A stretch of 64,000 nt of DNA, taken from an uncultured Clostridium sp. (GTDB lineage: Bacteria > Bacillota > Clostridia > TANB77 > CAG-508). Positions 1-9,631 of this stretch are shown one piece after another. The stretch spans positions 2,089 to 66,088 of the forward strand of contig CABQAZ010000006.1 in the NCBI GenBank assembly GCA_902462295.1, read 5' to 3'. The notes below the pieces were generated by a model that was not told the DNA's origin, ran no database searches, and saw only the letters and a program-made list of their open reading frames with translations. Each line of letters opens with the position of its first letter. Position 1 is the first letter of the stretch. A program made the position numbers and the translations under genes.

Positions 1-1204
1 TTAAACTTAGTTCTTTTTTGTTTTTTCCTTGTGCATCTGTTTCATATATCTTTATTGTTTCTGCTTTAATTGTTCTTCCTATTTGTATTTTCACATCATC
101 CAATTTTGAATTTGATTTTTTAGTTCTAATATAAGGTGAGGTACATAACATATATTCGTGAGTATTCTCATCATCTGGATAATATTCAGTTCCAAGTGTA
201 CTATCACTTACTTTACATATTGTACATTGGCCATTTTGAACATTATGTTTTTCTTCCCATACTTTTCCACATGTGTTGCAGTATTTTTCATGCCAAGCAT
301 TTCCATAATGATATGAAGTATCCTTATGTTTACACTCATATCCACATACTTTACATTTTCCGGTTACTGTATATTGATAATTGTCATTATCATTATCATA
401 TCCTCCAAATATGTGATATTCTTTTCCTAATGTTTTTCCACAATCTTTACATATTTTTGTATGTTGTGTTGCTGTTGTTTTATATTTTACATTCTCGTGT
501 GTACATGGGATTTCTGTTACATTTGTATCATCTTTTACTTCTACATCTGCTGGTAACTTAAAGGCTACATTTTTGGCTGTATATGCTCCATTTTTATCTT
601 TTACTTTTATTCTTATTCTATAATATTCATCATTCTTCAAGCTCAACTTTCCTTTACTTATTTTTACATCTGCTAGTTTATTACTTGAATACACACTTTT
701 ACTATTATTTGTATCTATTACTTCTATTGATTTTATTTCTTGTCCTGTTGATTTCATTGATATTTCTACATTATTACCTGAATATTGTATACCTGTTATA
801 TTTGGCGCATTATTTAAAACATAATATTTTCCATCTTTATTTGTTACACTTACTACTTTTCTTGTTTTTTCCATATTATTTGCTCTAGCTATTATTGTTA
901 TTACTTGTGTTTTATTCTTTTTTGGTAACGCTCTCTTTGGAATCTCATACACCATCTGTGTATAATAATTTCCACTCATTTTTGAACTATTTGCTATAAA
1001 CTTTGTACTTAAGATATCATTATTATCCATCGTACTTTTTTCTTTATTATAAATCCTTACAGCATTTAATTGAGACGTTGCTGGTGCCTTTATTGTTATT
1101 TTTATTGCTTCTAGCTTTTTATTTGATGGTTTCGCTATTGTTATTGATGGTGAATTTGCCAATTCTGTAAATCCATCTGTTGCTGCATGGCTTACATTTG
1201 TCAT
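1..1204 (-). CDS. Cys-rich secreted/surface protein, body of a phase-variable gene (continues beyond window start; lacks a functional 5' end in this orientation)
   Basis: Own translation of the reverse strand gives an open frame from 1204 to position 1 (MTNVSHAATDGFTELANSPSITIAKPSNKK...ICKDCGK...CKVCGY...CNTCGK...CTICKV). In-frame stop at 1271-1273. Absent from the ORF track because it runs off the edge. Plus-strand ORFs 136-888 are its shadows. Confidence 0.8.
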   Translation of the reverse strand, partial: MTNVSHAATDGFTELANSPSITIAKPSNKKLEAIKITIKAPATSQLNAVRIYNKEKSTMDNNDILSTKFIANSSKMSGNYYTQMVYEIPKRALPKKNKTQVITIIARANNMEKTRKVVSVTNKDGKYYVLNNAPNITGIQYSGNNVEISMKSTGQEIKSIEVIDTNNSKSVYSSNKLADVKISKGKLSLKNDEYYRIRIKVKDKNGAYTAKNVAFKLPADVEVKDDTNVTEIPCTHENVKYKTTATQHTKICKDCGKTLGKEYHIFGGYDNDNDNYQYTVTGKCKVCGYECKHKDTSYHYGNAWHEKYCNTCGKVWEEKHNVQNGQCTICKVSDSTLGTEYYPDDENTHEYMLCTSPYIRTKKSNSKLDDVKIQIGRTIKAETIKIYETDAQGKNKKELSL

Positions 1205-1220
1205 TGCGCAAATTGTAAAT
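1196..1220. repeat. Left 25-bp inverted repeat of the invertible switch
   Basis: ATTTGTCATTGCGCAAATTGTAAAT is the exact reverse complement of 1620-1644. Confidence 0.95.
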
Positions 1221-1459
1221 TTTCTGTCAAAATCAAAAGGCTTTTTTGTTTTAAAATAAAAAAATTTCTTCTACTAATAATATAAATATCTTATTATAGT
1301 ACATCAATTTCATTATTTATTATTACTACAACTGTAATGGTTTGAGTAAATTATCATTTTAAAGATGTTTATAATTGTAAATAATAAGTTTATTTGTATA
1401 AAATAATTTAGAGTTATCTGAAAGTAATTAAGGTGAAACCATAAAAAATATACATAAAA

Positions 1460-1488
1460 TTGACAATTTTGCATACTTGTGGTATAAT
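1460..1488 (+). promoter_or_regulatory. Sigma-A-type promoter inside the invertible segment
   Basis: TTGACA (1460-1465), 17-bp spacer ending in TGG (extended -10), TATAAT (1483-1488). Confidence 0.8.
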
Positions 1489-1566
1489 AAGAGGTGTAAG
1501 AAAAATTTAACAAATTCTTACTATAATTCAATTAACGCATTACAGAAGAGAAAGGGGAGATTTTAT

Positions 1567-1656
1567 ATGAGTAATAAAACTTTAAATTCATTAATAAAAA
1601 TCTTATTATTTTGCACAATATTTACAATTTGCGCAATGACAAATTTTATATTGTAA
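1567..1656 (+). CDS. Detached leader ORF: start codon plus signal-peptide codons, terminated after 29 aa in this orientation
   Basis: RBS AAAGGGGAG 8 nt upstream. Encodes MSNKTLNSLIKILLFCTIFTICAMTN then FIL*. The last 8 sense codons before FIL lie in the right IR. Confidence 0.7.
   Translation: MSNKTLNSLIKILLFCTIFTICAMTNFIL
1620..1644. repeat. Right 25-bp inverted repeat of the invertible switch
   Basis: ATTTACAATTTGCGCAATGACAAAT. Confidence 0.95.
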
Positions 1657-1911
1657 AATACAAATGCTTTCTTTTTGGAATTTATAATAAAATAACAGAA
1701 TTAATTGAACAATAACAAGATATAATTTTGTTAGTTCTTTTTTTTATTTAATAAATTTAGATTATATAACAATATTTGAAACTTATATATGAAAATCTAT
1801 AATAAAAGTCTTGAATATTAACATAATATATGATATACTATTCACGTAACAATTAACAGTTTTGCTTTATAATAAAAGTAAAAGCGCATTCAAATAATAG
1901 GAGGAAACTAT

Positions 1912-2373
1912 ATGATAACAACAAATGAAATTCGGAGTGCAAAGCTGAAGGATTTATTCTGTGCAACAATTCAAAAAGAATTGACATGGGAAGAAGCAGA
2001 AAAGTATCCATTTACGGTGGAAGAATTTCCAGAATGCAGTACAGCAAGTGAGCTGTTGAGAATAGCTGTGGAATTAACCATTGAAGAGCTGGGCGGAGAA
2101 GTTTCAGAAATGGCTGTGAGAGATATAGAAGAAGAAGTTAAAAAAGAAATCTTATCAGATTTGATAGAAACACAAGATACAATTCTATTAAAGAAAGACG
2201 GCCAATATTATGATTTGGCATACATGGAAATACTGGATCCAAGATACAAAATCATAAGAATTGAGCCACTTTATAAATATGGAACTGAAAAAGATTTTTC
2301 ACTTGAAGAGGGAGAGTTTTCTGTGGAAAAAGGAGTTTTTGAAAAATATTTGAATGAAAATAATGAGGAGTAA
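1912..2373 (+). CDS. Hypothetical acidic protein (153 aa)
   Basis: ORF with AGGAGG RBS and its own TTGAAT-17-TATACT promoter. No family recognised. Confidence 0.6.
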   Translation: MITTNEIRSAKLKDLFCATIQKELTWEEAEKYPFTVEEFPECSTASELLRIAVELTIEELGGEVSEMAVRDIEEEVKKEILSDLIETQDTILLKKDGQYYDLAYMEILDPRYKIIRIEPLYKYGTEKDFSLEEGEFSVEKGVFEKYLNENNEE

Positions 2374-2604
2374 GTAATAAACTCCCAAAAAGAACAGGGA
2401 TGGTGTTCAGTAAAATGGAACCATCTTTGTTTTTTATAAAAAAATAATTAAAAACATTATTTAGTAAGAATAAAAATAAAAAAATCATGTAAAAGTATTG
2501 TAAAAAATAAAAAAGTTGATATAATAATATATAGTTAAAGAAAATTTTACCAGTTTTGGTAAAATTTTAATAATTTAAGGGAAGACCCAATAGGAGGAAT
2601 TTAT

Positions 2605-3750
2605 ATGTTAAAAAAAGTGGCAATACTAGCAAATGGAGGAGACGTATCAGGATTTAATGCAGTTATAAGAGCTATAATAAAAACTGCAGAACATAATAAT
2701 ATAGAATGTTATGGATTTATAGACGGATACAATGGATTACTAAAAAATAATTATGTAAGACTAAGTACAGCAAATGACCAAAGTGCATCAGGAATATTAC
2801 CAAAAGGTGGTTCAATAATAGGTTCATCAACAAATGCAAATGTATTCAACTATAAAGTAGTAGGAGAAAATGGAGAAATTGAATATAAAGATTTATCAGA
2901 TGTATGTGTAGAAAATATAAAAAAAGACGGATTTGATTGTATATTTACATTAGGAGGAGATGGAACGCAAAAATCAGCAAGAGATTTTTCAACAAAAGGT
3001 GTAAATGTAATAGGTGTTCCAAAAACAATAGATAACGATGTTGCATGTACAGATATAACATTTGGATATAATACAGCAGTATCAGTTGCAGCAGAAGCAT
3101 TAGATAGATTACACACAACAGGGGAGACACATCACAGAATAATGGTATTAGAAGTTATGGGAAGATATGCAGGATGGATAGCACTAGAATCTGCAATAGC
3201 AGGAGGAGCAGATGTTGCATTAATTCCAGAAATACCATATGATATAAATAAAGCAGTTGATAAAATAAATGAAAGAAGAGCAAAAGGAAAAGAATTCAGT
3301 ATAGTTGTAGTAGCAGAAGGTGCTGCACCAAAAGGCGGAGAAATAACAGTTGAGGGAACAAGAAATAATGGTGCAGGAGTTGATAATAATAAACTTGGAG
3401 GAGTTGGTCAAGTAGTAGCAAAACAACTTGAAAAATTAACAGGTTTAGAAGCAAGAAATACAACACTTGGATATATGCAAAGAGGTGGAACTCCAACTGC
3501 ATTTGATAGAGTATTATCAACAAAATATGGAGCTAAAGCTATGGAACTTGCATTAAATGGTCAATTTGGTGTATTGGCAGTATTAAAAAATGGAAAACTT
3601 GATAGTGTTTCATTAGAAGATGTTGTTGGAAGAAACACAAAAATTGGTGCTGTTTCTGGAAATACAGCAGAAAGTAATTTAAGAAAAGTTACAATGGATG
3701 ATGATTTAGTAAAAACAGCTAGAGATATTGGACTTTGTTTAGGTGACTAA
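2605..3750 (+). CDS. pfkA: ATP-dependent 6-phosphofructokinase (long form)
   Basis: NGGDVSGFNAVIR, TLGGDGT, PKTIDND and MQRGG motifs. GGDG rather than GGDD suggests ATP dependence. Confidence 0.85.
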   Translation: MLKKVAILANGGDVSGFNAVIRAIIKTAEHNNIECYGFIDGYNGLLKNNYVRLSTANDQSASGILPKGGSIIGSSTNANVFNYKVVGENGEIEYKDLSDVCVENIKKDGFDCIFTLGGDGTQKSARDFSTKGVNVIGVPKTIDNDVACTDITFGYNTAVSVAAEALDRLHTTGETHHRIMVLEVMGRYAGWIALESAIAGGADVALIPEIPYDINKAVDKINERRAKGKEFSIVVVAEGAAPKGGEITVEGTRNNGAGVDNNKLGGVGQVVAKQLEKLTGLEARNTTLGYMQRGGTPTAFDRVLSTKYGAKAMELALNGQFGVLAVLKNGKLDSVSLEDVVGRNTKIGAVSGNTAESNLRKVTMDDDLVKTARDIGLCLGD

Positions 3751-3792
3751 TCATTATATTGTAAAATTCACATAAAATTCACAATAAATCCA

Positions 3793-3837
3793 TTGACAAA
3801 AGTGACACTGTGTCATTATAATTATGACATAGTGTTA
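3793..3837 (+). promoter_or_regulatory. Promoter with two TetR-type palindromic operators
   Basis: TTGACA at 3793. TGACACTGTGTCA (3803-3815) and the related TGACATAGTGTTA (3825-3837) overlap the -10 and start region. Confidence 0.6.
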
Positions 3838-3862
3838 TTTTATGTCGAAAGGGAGTGATTAA

Positions 3863-4483
3863 ATGCCAAAAGAAACATTTTTAAAACTTTCAAAAGAAAA
3901 ACAGCAAAAGGTAATAAACTCTGCAAAAAAAGAATTTGCAAGAGTACCAATAGAAAATGTTTCAATAAAAAATATTGTAGAAGAAGCAGATATTGCAAGA
4001 GGAAGTTTTTATCAATACTTTGAAAGTAAAGAAGATTTACTTATATATATATTAAAAGAGAACTCTGAAAAATTGAATACAAAATTAAAAAATGAAGTTA
4101 GCAAAACAAAAGGAGACATATTTAAATTATATATATTTTTATATGACTCAATGTTAGAAGAATTTATGGATAATTCAGACCAGGAATTATTTAAACAAAT
4201 ATTTATTAATCTAAAATCTTCAGATGAAAATATTTTTGATTTAGTAAAGACCACTAAACCACAAAAGATTATAGATTATTATGAGCAGATTGATAAAACA
4301 AATTTAAAAATAGAAAGTCATGAAGATTTAGTTATAATTTGTGACATGTTAAATGTAATTACAAGAAGAGCAGTAATAAAAAATTTTAAAAATAAATCAA
4401 AAGAAGAATGTAGAAAAATGTTTTTAAAAGAAATAGAATATTTAAAACATGGAATAGAAAAAAAGGAGGAAAAAAATGCTTAA
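3863..4483 (+). CDS. TetR/AcrR family transcriptional regulator
   Basis: N-terminal HTH signature (SIKNIVEEADIARGSFYQYFESKEDL). Overlaps the start of the ABC exporter genes. Confidence 0.85.
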   Translation: MPKETFLKLSKEKQQKVINSAKKEFARVPIENVSIKNIVEEADIARGSFYQYFESKEDLLIYILKENSEKLNTKLKNEVSKTKGDIFKLYIFLYDSMLEEFMDNSDQELFKQIFINLKSSDENIFDLVKTTKPQKIIDYYEQIDKTNLKIESHEDLVIICDMLNVITRRAVIKNFKNKSKEECRKMFLKEIEYLKHGIEKKEEKNA

Positions 4484-6680
4484 AATATTAAAAAACTTAA
4501 AACAATCATGGATGTCAGTACTTATAATTGTAGCCTTACTATGTGTGCAGGCAGCTGTAGACTTGGAATTACCTAATTATACTTCAAAAATAGTAAACAC
4601 AGGTATACAAGCAGGTGGAATTGAATATGCCGTACCAGAAACAATAAGTCAAAAAGATATGGACGCAATATTATTATTTTCAAATGATGATGACAAAATA
4701 TTAGAAAATTATACAACTGATAATTCAGATGGAAATTATGTTATTAAAGATTTAAAGGAAAATGAAAAAGAAGAACTTGAACAAATAATGACAAAGCCAA
4801 TTATTATATCAAGAACAGTACAAAAAGATGAAATGGCAAATCAAATAAAAGAGCAAATATTAGCAAATGTACCAGATGAGCAAAAAGAAGTGATTAAAAA
4901 TATGTCTATTATTGATATATTAAAAACAATGCCAGAAGAACAATTAAATCAAATGCTTAGCGAATCTACAAAACAAATTGATGAAATGCAAGATTCAATC
5001 AAAAGCCAAGCAGGAGTTGCATATGTAAAAGAAATTTATAAAGATGCAGGTGTAGATACTGATAAATTGCAAATGAATTATATAATGACTGCAGGATTTA
5101 AAATGTTAGTATTAGCAGCAATAAGTATGGCATCAGGTATTACAATAATGATGTTATCATCAAGAGTTGGAGCTAGAATGGCAAAAACATTAAGAGAGAA
5201 AATATTTAATAAAGTATTAAAATTTTCAACTAAAGAATTAAGAGAATTTTCAACAGCTTCTTTAATTACTCGTAGTACAAATGATGTGCAACAAATTCAA
5301 CAATTACTTGCAATGTTATTTAGAACAGTAGTATATGCTCCAATAATAGGAATAGGTGGAGTAATAAAAGTAATACATCAAAGTAATACATCGATGGCAT
5401 GGATAATAGGAGTTGCTGTAATTACAATATTAATTATTGTAGCTATACTATTCGCAGTAGCGATGCCAAAATTCAAAAAATTACAGGATTTAATAGATAA
5501 ATTAAATGGTGTAGCAAGAGAAATATTAACAGGAAAATCTGTAATAAGAGCATTTAACACAGAAGAAAAAGAAGAAAAAAGGTTTGATAATGCAAATACA
5601 GATTTAACAAAAGCAAATATATTTGTAAATAGAACAATGTCAATAATGATGCCTATGTTAATGCTTATAATGAATGGAGTTTCAATCTTAATTATATGGG
5701 TTGGAGGACACAACATAGACCAAGGTATAATGCAAGTTGGAGATATGTTAGCATTTATTCAATATGCAATGCAAATAGTAATGAGTTTCTTAATGATTTC
5801 TATGATTTCTATAATGCTTCCAAGAGCTTCTGTATCAGCTAATAGAATTACAGAAATATTAGAAACAGAACCAAGTATTAAAGACAAAGAAACAACCAAG
5901 AAATTAGATTCAAGCAAAAAAGGATTAGTAGAATTTAAAAATGTGTCTTTCAGATATCCTGACGCAGACACAGAAATACTAGAAGACATTAATTTTACAG
6001 CAGAACCTGGAAAAACAACTGCAATAATAGGAAGTACAGGAAGTGGAAAATCAACAGTAATTAATTTGATTCCTAGGTTTTATGATGTAAAAGGAGGAGA
6101 AGTCCTAGTAGATGGTGTAAATGTAAAAGACTTATCTCAAAAAGAATTAAGAGATGTTATTGGATTTGTACCACAAAAAGGAGTATTATTCTCAGGAACA
6201 ATCGAAAGTAATATAAAATACTCAGATGAAAATATGTCAGATGAAAGAATGATAGAAGCAGCAGAAATTGCACAAGCAACAGAATTTATTGATGGAAAAG
6301 ATAATAAATATAAATCAGAAATTGCACAAGGTGGAAGCAATGTTTCAGGAGGACAAAAACAAAGATTATCAATAGCAAGAGCAGTAGCCAAAGACCCAGA
6401 AATATTTGTGTTTGATGATAGTTTTTCTGCATTAGACTTTAAAACAGATGCAACATTGAGAGAAGCACTAGCAAAAAGAACAAATAATAAAACAAATATA
6501 ATTGTAGCACAAAGAATTAGTACTATTTTAAATGCAGATAAAATAATTGTTTTAGATGACGGAAAAATAGTAGGTCAAGGAACACACGAAGAATTACTTG
6601 AAAATAATGAAACATACAGAGAAATTGCATTATCACAATTATCTGAAGAAGAATTAAATAAAAAGGAAGGAGGAAAATAA
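4476..6680 (+). CDS. ABC exporter, fused permease/ATPase subunit A (large extracytoplasmic insert)
   Basis: Six-TM region plus Walker A GSTGSGKST, signature LSGGQKQR variant (VSGGQKQRLS) and Walker B FVFDD. Confidence 0.9.
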   Translation: MLKILKNLKQSWMSVLIIVALLCVQAAVDLELPNYTSKIVNTGIQAGGIEYAVPETISQKDMDAILLFSNDDDKILENYTTDNSDGNYVIKDLKENEKEELEQIMTKPIIISRTVQKDEMANQIKEQILANVPDEQKEVIKNMSIIDILKTMPEEQLNQMLSESTKQIDEMQDSIKSQAGVAYVKEIYKDAGVDTDKLQMNYIMTAGFKMLVLAAISMASGITIMMLSSRVGARMAKTLREKIFNKVLKFSTKELREFSTASLITRSTNDVQQIQQLLAMLFRTVVYAPIIGIGGVIKVIHQSNTSMAWIIGVAVITILIIVAILFAVAMPKFKKLQDLIDKLNGVAREILTGKSVIRAFNTEEKEEKRFDNANTDLTKANIFVNRTMSIMMPMLMLIMNGVSILIIWVGGHNIDQGIMQVGDMLAFIQYAMQIVMSFLMISMISIMLPRASVSANRITEILETEPSIKDKETTKKLDSSKKGLVEFKNVSFRYPDADTEILEDINFTAEPGKTTAIIGSTGSGKSTVINLIPRFYDVKGGEVLVDGVNVKDLSQKELRDVIGFVPQKGVLFSGTIESNIKYSDENMSDERMIEAAEIAQATEFIDGKDNKYKSEIAQGGSNVSGGQKQRLSIARAVAKDPEIFVFDDSFSALDFKTDATLREALAKRTNNKTNIIVAQRISTILNADKIIVLDDGKIVGQGTHEELLENNETYREIALSQLSEEELNKKEGGK

Positions 6681-6681
6681 T

Positions 6682-8517
6682 ATGCCAGGACCAATGGGAC
6701 CAAGACCAGGCCATACAACAGAAAAGGCCAAAGATTTTAAAGGAACAACAAAAAAATTAATAAAAAATTATTTGTCAAAATATAAAATTGGATTAATAAT
6801 AGTATTTATATTTGCTGTTGGAAGTACTATATTTTCTATAATAGGACCAAAAATATTAGGAAATGCAACAACAGAAATATTTAATGGATTAGTAAATAAA
6901 ATATCAGGAAATGGTGGAATAGACTTTGGAAAAGTTGGAACAATTCTACTAACTTTATTAGGATTATATGTAATAAGTGCATTGTTTTCTTTCATCCAAA
7001 GTTTTGCGATGACACAAATTGCACAAAATTTAACATATAAGCTAAGAAAAGATTTAGCACATAAAATAAATTCACTTCCAATGAACTATTTTGATAAAAA
7101 GACAAATGGAGAAGTATTGTCAATAATAACAAATGATATAGATACATTAGGAATGAATTTAAATCAAAGTGTTACACAAATAATAACATCAGTATGTACA
7201 TTAATTGGAATATTAATAATGATGCTTTCAATTAGTTGGCAAATGACATTAATTTCATTAATAGTTATGCCAATAGGAGCATTTCTTGTAAAAATAATAG
7301 TAGGAAAATCACAAAAATACTTTAAAAAGCAACAAGATTACTTAGGACATGTAAATGGTCAAGTAGAAGAAGTATTTTCTGGATTAACAATAGTAAAAGC
7401 ATTTAATGGAGAAGAAGATGCACAAAAAGAATTTGAAAAAGCAAATTCAGAATTATATAGTTCAGCTTGGAAATCACAATTTTTGTCAGGATTAATGCAT
7501 CCAATAATGAATTTTATATCAAATATTGGATATGTAGGTGTAGCAATAGCAGGAGGGTATCTAGCTATAAATGGAAATATTACAGTAGGAGATATACAAA
7601 GTTTTATACAATATAATAAACAGTTTACACAACCAATAAACCAAATTGCACAAGTATCAAGTATGTTACAAGCAATGGTTGCTGCAACTGAAAGAATATT
7701 CGAATTCTTAGAAGAAGATGAAGAAGTTGAAACATATGTAGAAGGAACAACAACAGAAGGTTTAAAAGGAAATGTAAAATTCGAACATGTAAAATTTGGT
7801 TATAATCCAGAAAATACTGTAATAAAAGATTTTAATGCAGATGTACATGAAGGACAAAAAATTGCAATTGTAGGACCAACAGGAGCAGGAAAATCAACAA
7901 TGGTAAAACTTCTTATGAGATTTTATGATGTAACAGATGGTGAAATATTACTTGATGGACATAACATCAAAGATTTCAAAAGAGGCGAATTACGTCAAAT
8001 GTTTGGAATGGTATTGCAAGATACATGGCTATTTGACGGAACTGTAAAAGATAATATTAAATATGGAAGAGAAGATGCAACAGATGATGAAGTTATTCAA
8101 TCTGCAAAAGCTGCTAGAGTACATCATTTTATAAAAACATTACCTAATGGATATAATTCGGTATTAGGAGATGAAACAAGTGGAGTTTCAGCCGGTCAAA
8201 AGCAATTGCTTACAATAGCAAGAGTAATTTTAGCAGACCCTAAGATATTAATTTTAGATGAAGCAACATCAAGTATTGATACAAGAACTGAAATAGAAAT
8301 TCAAAAAGCTATGGATAATTTAATGAAAGGTAGAACATCTTTTATTATTGCACATAGATTATCAACAATTAAAAATGCTGATTTAATATTAGTTATGGAC
8401 CATGGTGATATTGTTGAACAAGGAACACATGAGCAACTTCTTGAAAAAGGAGAAGATGGATTTTATTATAAATTATATAATAGTCAATTCCAAGATTGTA
8501 TTGATGAAGTTGAATAA
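6682..8517 (+). CDS. ABC exporter, fused permease/ATPase subunit B
   Basis: GPTGAGKST, VSAGQKQLL and LILDEATS motifs. Starts immediately after subunit A, so a heterodimer partner. Confidence 0.9.
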   Translation: MPGPMGPRPGHTTEKAKDFKGTTKKLIKNYLSKYKIGLIIVFIFAVGSTIFSIIGPKILGNATTEIFNGLVNKISGNGGIDFGKVGTILLTLLGLYVISALFSFIQSFAMTQIAQNLTYKLRKDLAHKINSLPMNYFDKKTNGEVLSIITNDIDTLGMNLNQSVTQIITSVCTLIGILIMMLSISWQMTLISLIVMPIGAFLVKIIVGKSQKYFKKQQDYLGHVNGQVEEVFSGLTIVKAFNGEEDAQKEFEKANSELYSSAWKSQFLSGLMHPIMNFISNIGYVGVAIAGGYLAINGNITVGDIQSFIQYNKQFTQPINQIAQVSSMLQAMVAATERIFEFLEEDEEVETYVEGTTTEGLKGNVKFEHVKFGYNPENTVIKDFNADVHEGQKIAIVGPTGAGKSTMVKLLMRFYDVTDGEILLDGHNIKDFKRGELRQMFGMVLQDTWLFDGTVKDNIKYGREDATDDEVIQSAKAARVHHFIKTLPNGYNSVLGDETSGVSAGQKQLLTIARVILADPKILILDEATSSIDTRTEIEIQKAMDNLMKGRTSFIIAHRLSTIKNADLILVMDHGDIVEQGTHEQLLEKGEDGFYYKLYNSQFQDCIDEVE

Positions 8518-8559
8518 ATCACTGTTTTATAGTATAATTATATTTAAGAGGTGATGAGT

Positions 8560-9435
8560 ATGAAAATAATACAGAACATATCACAATACTTAGGAGAGAA
8601 AACAGGATTTAATAGTGAATATATAAAACTTATTATATTAACGATATTAATATTTGTATTTTTTAAAATATTAAAAATCATTGTAAAATTTATATATTCA
8701 AGGGCAGATGTAAGTGACAAGAAAAAATATGTTAGGAACAGAGTAATGAAAGTAACATTAACTTCTATTTCATTTATTATTGTGTTCTTACTATGGGGAC
8801 GTAAAATATCTGGATTTGTCACGATAATAAGCTTTTTATCTGCAGGAATAACTATTTCTGTAAAGGAAATAATATTTGACTTTTTTGCTGGTTTATATAT
8901 AAATATAAAGAAACCATTTGAATTAGAAGATAGAATTGAAATAGATGGAATTAAGGGTGACATTGTTAGTATAAGGTCTCTTGGATTTGAAATGCTAGAA
9001 GTGGGAGATAGAGTAAATGCTGAACAGAGTACAGGAAGAATAATTCATATACCAAATTACCTTATATTTACAAAACCTTTGAAGAATTATACAAAAGCGT
9101 TTAAATATATATGGGATGAAGTGATTGTAAAAGTTCCATTAGATGCTGATATTGAAAAAACAAAGACGATTTTATATGATATTATTGAGAATAATGAAAT
9201 TTTGAAAAATATTCCTAGAAAGATGGAGGACGCTGTTGCTGATGTGATTTTGGAATATAGAATTTATTATAATCATTTAGATCCAATAATATATACAAAA
9301 ATTGTTGATTCACATGTTGAACTTTATTTAAGATATATTGTACATCCTAAAAAGGCTAGAAATGTACAAGATGATATATATCTAAAGGTTCTAGAAGAAT
9401 ATAGAAATGGAAATATCGAGTTGTATAAGGTATAA
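8560..9435 (+). CDS. Mechanosensitive ion channel (MscS family)
   Basis: Three N-terminal TM segments plus the MscS beta-domain pattern (IEIDGIKGDIVSIRSLGFEMLE). ATG 8560 fits RBS AAGAGG best; track start is 8551. Confidence 0.75.
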   Translation: MKIIQNISQYLGEKTGFNSEYIKLIILTILIFVFFKILKIIVKFIYSRADVSDKKKYVRNRVMKVTLTSISFIIVFLLWGRKISGFVTIISFLSAGITISVKEIIFDFFAGLYINIKKPFELEDRIEIDGIKGDIVSIRSLGFEMLEVGDRVNAEQSTGRIIHIPNYLIFTKPLKNYTKAFKYIWDEVIVKVPLDADIEKTKTILYDIIENNEILKNIPRKMEDAVADVILEYRIYYNHLDPIIYTKIVDSHVELYLRYIVHPKKARNVQDDIYLKVLEEYRNGNIELYKV

Positions 9436-9441
9436 AGTATC

Positions 9442-9479
9442 GAAATAGCTTAATTATTGAAAAATAATTGAGCTATTTC
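9442..9479 (+). terminator. Hairpin terminator after the MscS gene
   Basis: 17-bp stem GAAATAGCTTAATTATT / AATAATTGAGCTATTTC with one mismatch. Confidence 0.6.
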
Positions 9480-9631
9480 TTATATAGGTGAAAAGTCTCT
9501 TAAAAATAATTTTGTCTGTAAGATTGATAATTATCTATTTTTATGATACAAAATATTTGTGATGTTGATGATGTAACATACAATGGAGAGAAAAACTATA
9601 TATAAAGTAAGAAACGGGGGAGTTAAATTTT

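Larger units (their letters stand above)
1196..1644. promoter_or_regulatory. Invertible DNA switch (399-bp segment plus two 25-bp IRs) carrying promoter, RBS, ATG and signal-peptide codons
   Basis: Perfect IRs. Both copies lie in the same codon phase relative to the leader ORF and the body ORF, so inversion gives an in-frame fusion. Confidence 0.8.

Noticed and set aside
136-888. Two plus-strand ORFs (141 and 101 aa) rich in Leu/Tyr/His/Phe.
   Set aside because: Low-complexity shadow frames of the long minus-strand ORF that I translated through this region. They have no RBS and an implausible composition.
1313-1531. 72-aa minus-strand ORF inside the invertible segment.
   Set aside because: No RBS, Asn/Tyr/Phe-rich AT-driven composition, and it overlaps the consensus promoter. 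More likely non-coding spacer.
8544-8963. 139-aa minus-strand ORF antisense to the MscS gene. There are many similar antisense ORFs (for example 12334-12771 in copA, 23644-23958 and 24841-25209 in clpB, 21480-21896, 56404-56715).
   Set aside because: They lie entirely within well-supported sense genes. They are Ser/Ile/Leu/Phe-rich, as expected from antisense reading of AT-rich, purine-loaded coding strands.
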